DNA of 63,901 nucleotides, the filler included, from Hausera hauseri (Eukaryota): NCBI GenBank assembly GCA_046269625.1. It is 11 parts of 11 records of this genome, joined end to end, with 100 filler letters (N's around TTAATTAATTAA, not from the genome) between each part and the next. Parts side by side here need not be neighbours in the genome. Positions count along the whole stretch, not along the records: positions 59,869 to 63,901 come from JBJURY010805865.1; 10 more parts are not named here. One strand, written 5' to 3'. Shown piece by piece: positions 63,001 to 63,901 of this stretch. Positions within the stretch are counted from its first letter, which is position 1, and each line of letters begins with the position of its first letter. The notes under the pieces are model-generated. The model saw only the letters and a list, made by a program, of their open reading frames with translations, did no database searches and had not been told where the DNA came from. The translations under genes were made by a program, and so were the position numbers.

Positions 63001-63901
63001 TGAATAAATATCTGGCAGGAAAAGTAATTATTCGACGCCAATTGCTAGAACTATTAAATACATTGAAGAGAAATCCAGTAAATCTAACCGCCATTTATGA
63101 CATGGAACAAACGAACCAAACATATAAATGTTTTGACCTATATCATGGCCATAACTCAGAAATTATGACACAAAGATATCTCGACGAATACCTAAAAACT
63201 GTGCGAGTGGAATACAATATACCATGGATAATAGAAAGTCAAAAAACACTACGAATAGCTTTCCCAGCAATATGGAAACTCAAAAAAAACTACTGAACCA
63301 ATTGCTCAAAGTCACCCGGATATGGATTCTGACGAATATTCGAATGAACTTGTCAAAACAAGACTAACTGGAGAATGGATAGAACATTATAATGACAAAC
63401 TAGTCACACCACTATCCTAATCTAAGGTTCCACAACAACGACCGACACAACTTGAAACCATTTGGTATTCAGTACAACCGGGTACATTTAGAAAGGAACC
63501 ATAGGTAACAAACGTGACAAGAGACATAGACGAATACGAAGTGTTTGAAATTCTAGAAGACGATGAACTCATCCCTACACCAGATGTGACTCAATATTCT
63601 GAAACTGCATTAACACAAGTGGAAAACCTAAGAAATATCCCGGAAATGAGTATTTCCCCAGGTTCCATAGTATGCGACAAACCCCAGAATTAATAACTGA
63701 AATAATAAAAGCTAAACTACAAATGACCAATTCAGCACCTAACGAGGTAGGGAATGCCTTACGATAATATGAGTTACTACCACTAGCTAGTCGAATTGAA
63801 TGCGCACCATTACTCCTAACCCTAACAAAGGACGATATATTCTGTTTTTCTGCGGCAAGAAAGCTACTTAAAACTCTTGGTAGAGAATTAAGACGGAAAC
63901 A
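60050..63901 (+). mobile_element. 5' part of an LTR retrotransposon: possible short LTR/PBS, gag, then >2 kb of unassigned disrupted ORF
   Basis: TG(60050)...CA(60163) followed by TGGCACAGAAAGTAG; coiled coil; EDFLDEYD...W...K...L; KQKPNEEVLTYINRF; QFVLGL; R/N/D-rich tract. Confidence 0.7.

Overview
Eukaryotic (metazoan), AT-rich, repeat-dominated sequence. It is not one locus: 11 contigs are joined by ten identical artificial 100-nt linkers (N44-TTAATTAATTAA-N44), so adjacency across linkers means nothing. There are three intron-poor cellular genes: a divergent alpha-tubulin with a ~565-aa C-terminal extension, a 3'-truncated SLC36-type amino-acid transporter and a 5'-truncated intronless ABCA transporter. 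One contig (16170-21035) looks like teleost fish DNA, which suggests a fish-associated invertebrate or parasite assembly with host carry-over (inference). The rest is decayed mobile DNA: a Polinton/Maverick capsid module split by a Tc1 element, LINE and SINE pieces, satellites, a same-strand chain of four host-gene fragments (ALIX-MRCK-ABCA-NAA15) and several Ty3/Gypsy elements. The best candidate for an undescribed system is a giant virus-like Gypsy family seen in two contigs whose integrases are ~82% identical. Contig 51301-59768 (minus) shows a long polyprotein with a ubiquitin-like domain and an internal-signal, chuvirus/class-III-like fusion glycoprotein placed upstream of PR-RT-RH-IN, with a CRESS-type HUH+SF3 Rep next to it. 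Contig 39830-45479 shows IN followed by an FN3/TM membrane protein, an orphan ORF, a RING ORF, PPT and a 184-bp LTR. All family assignments come from motif recognition by eye; no database search was run.
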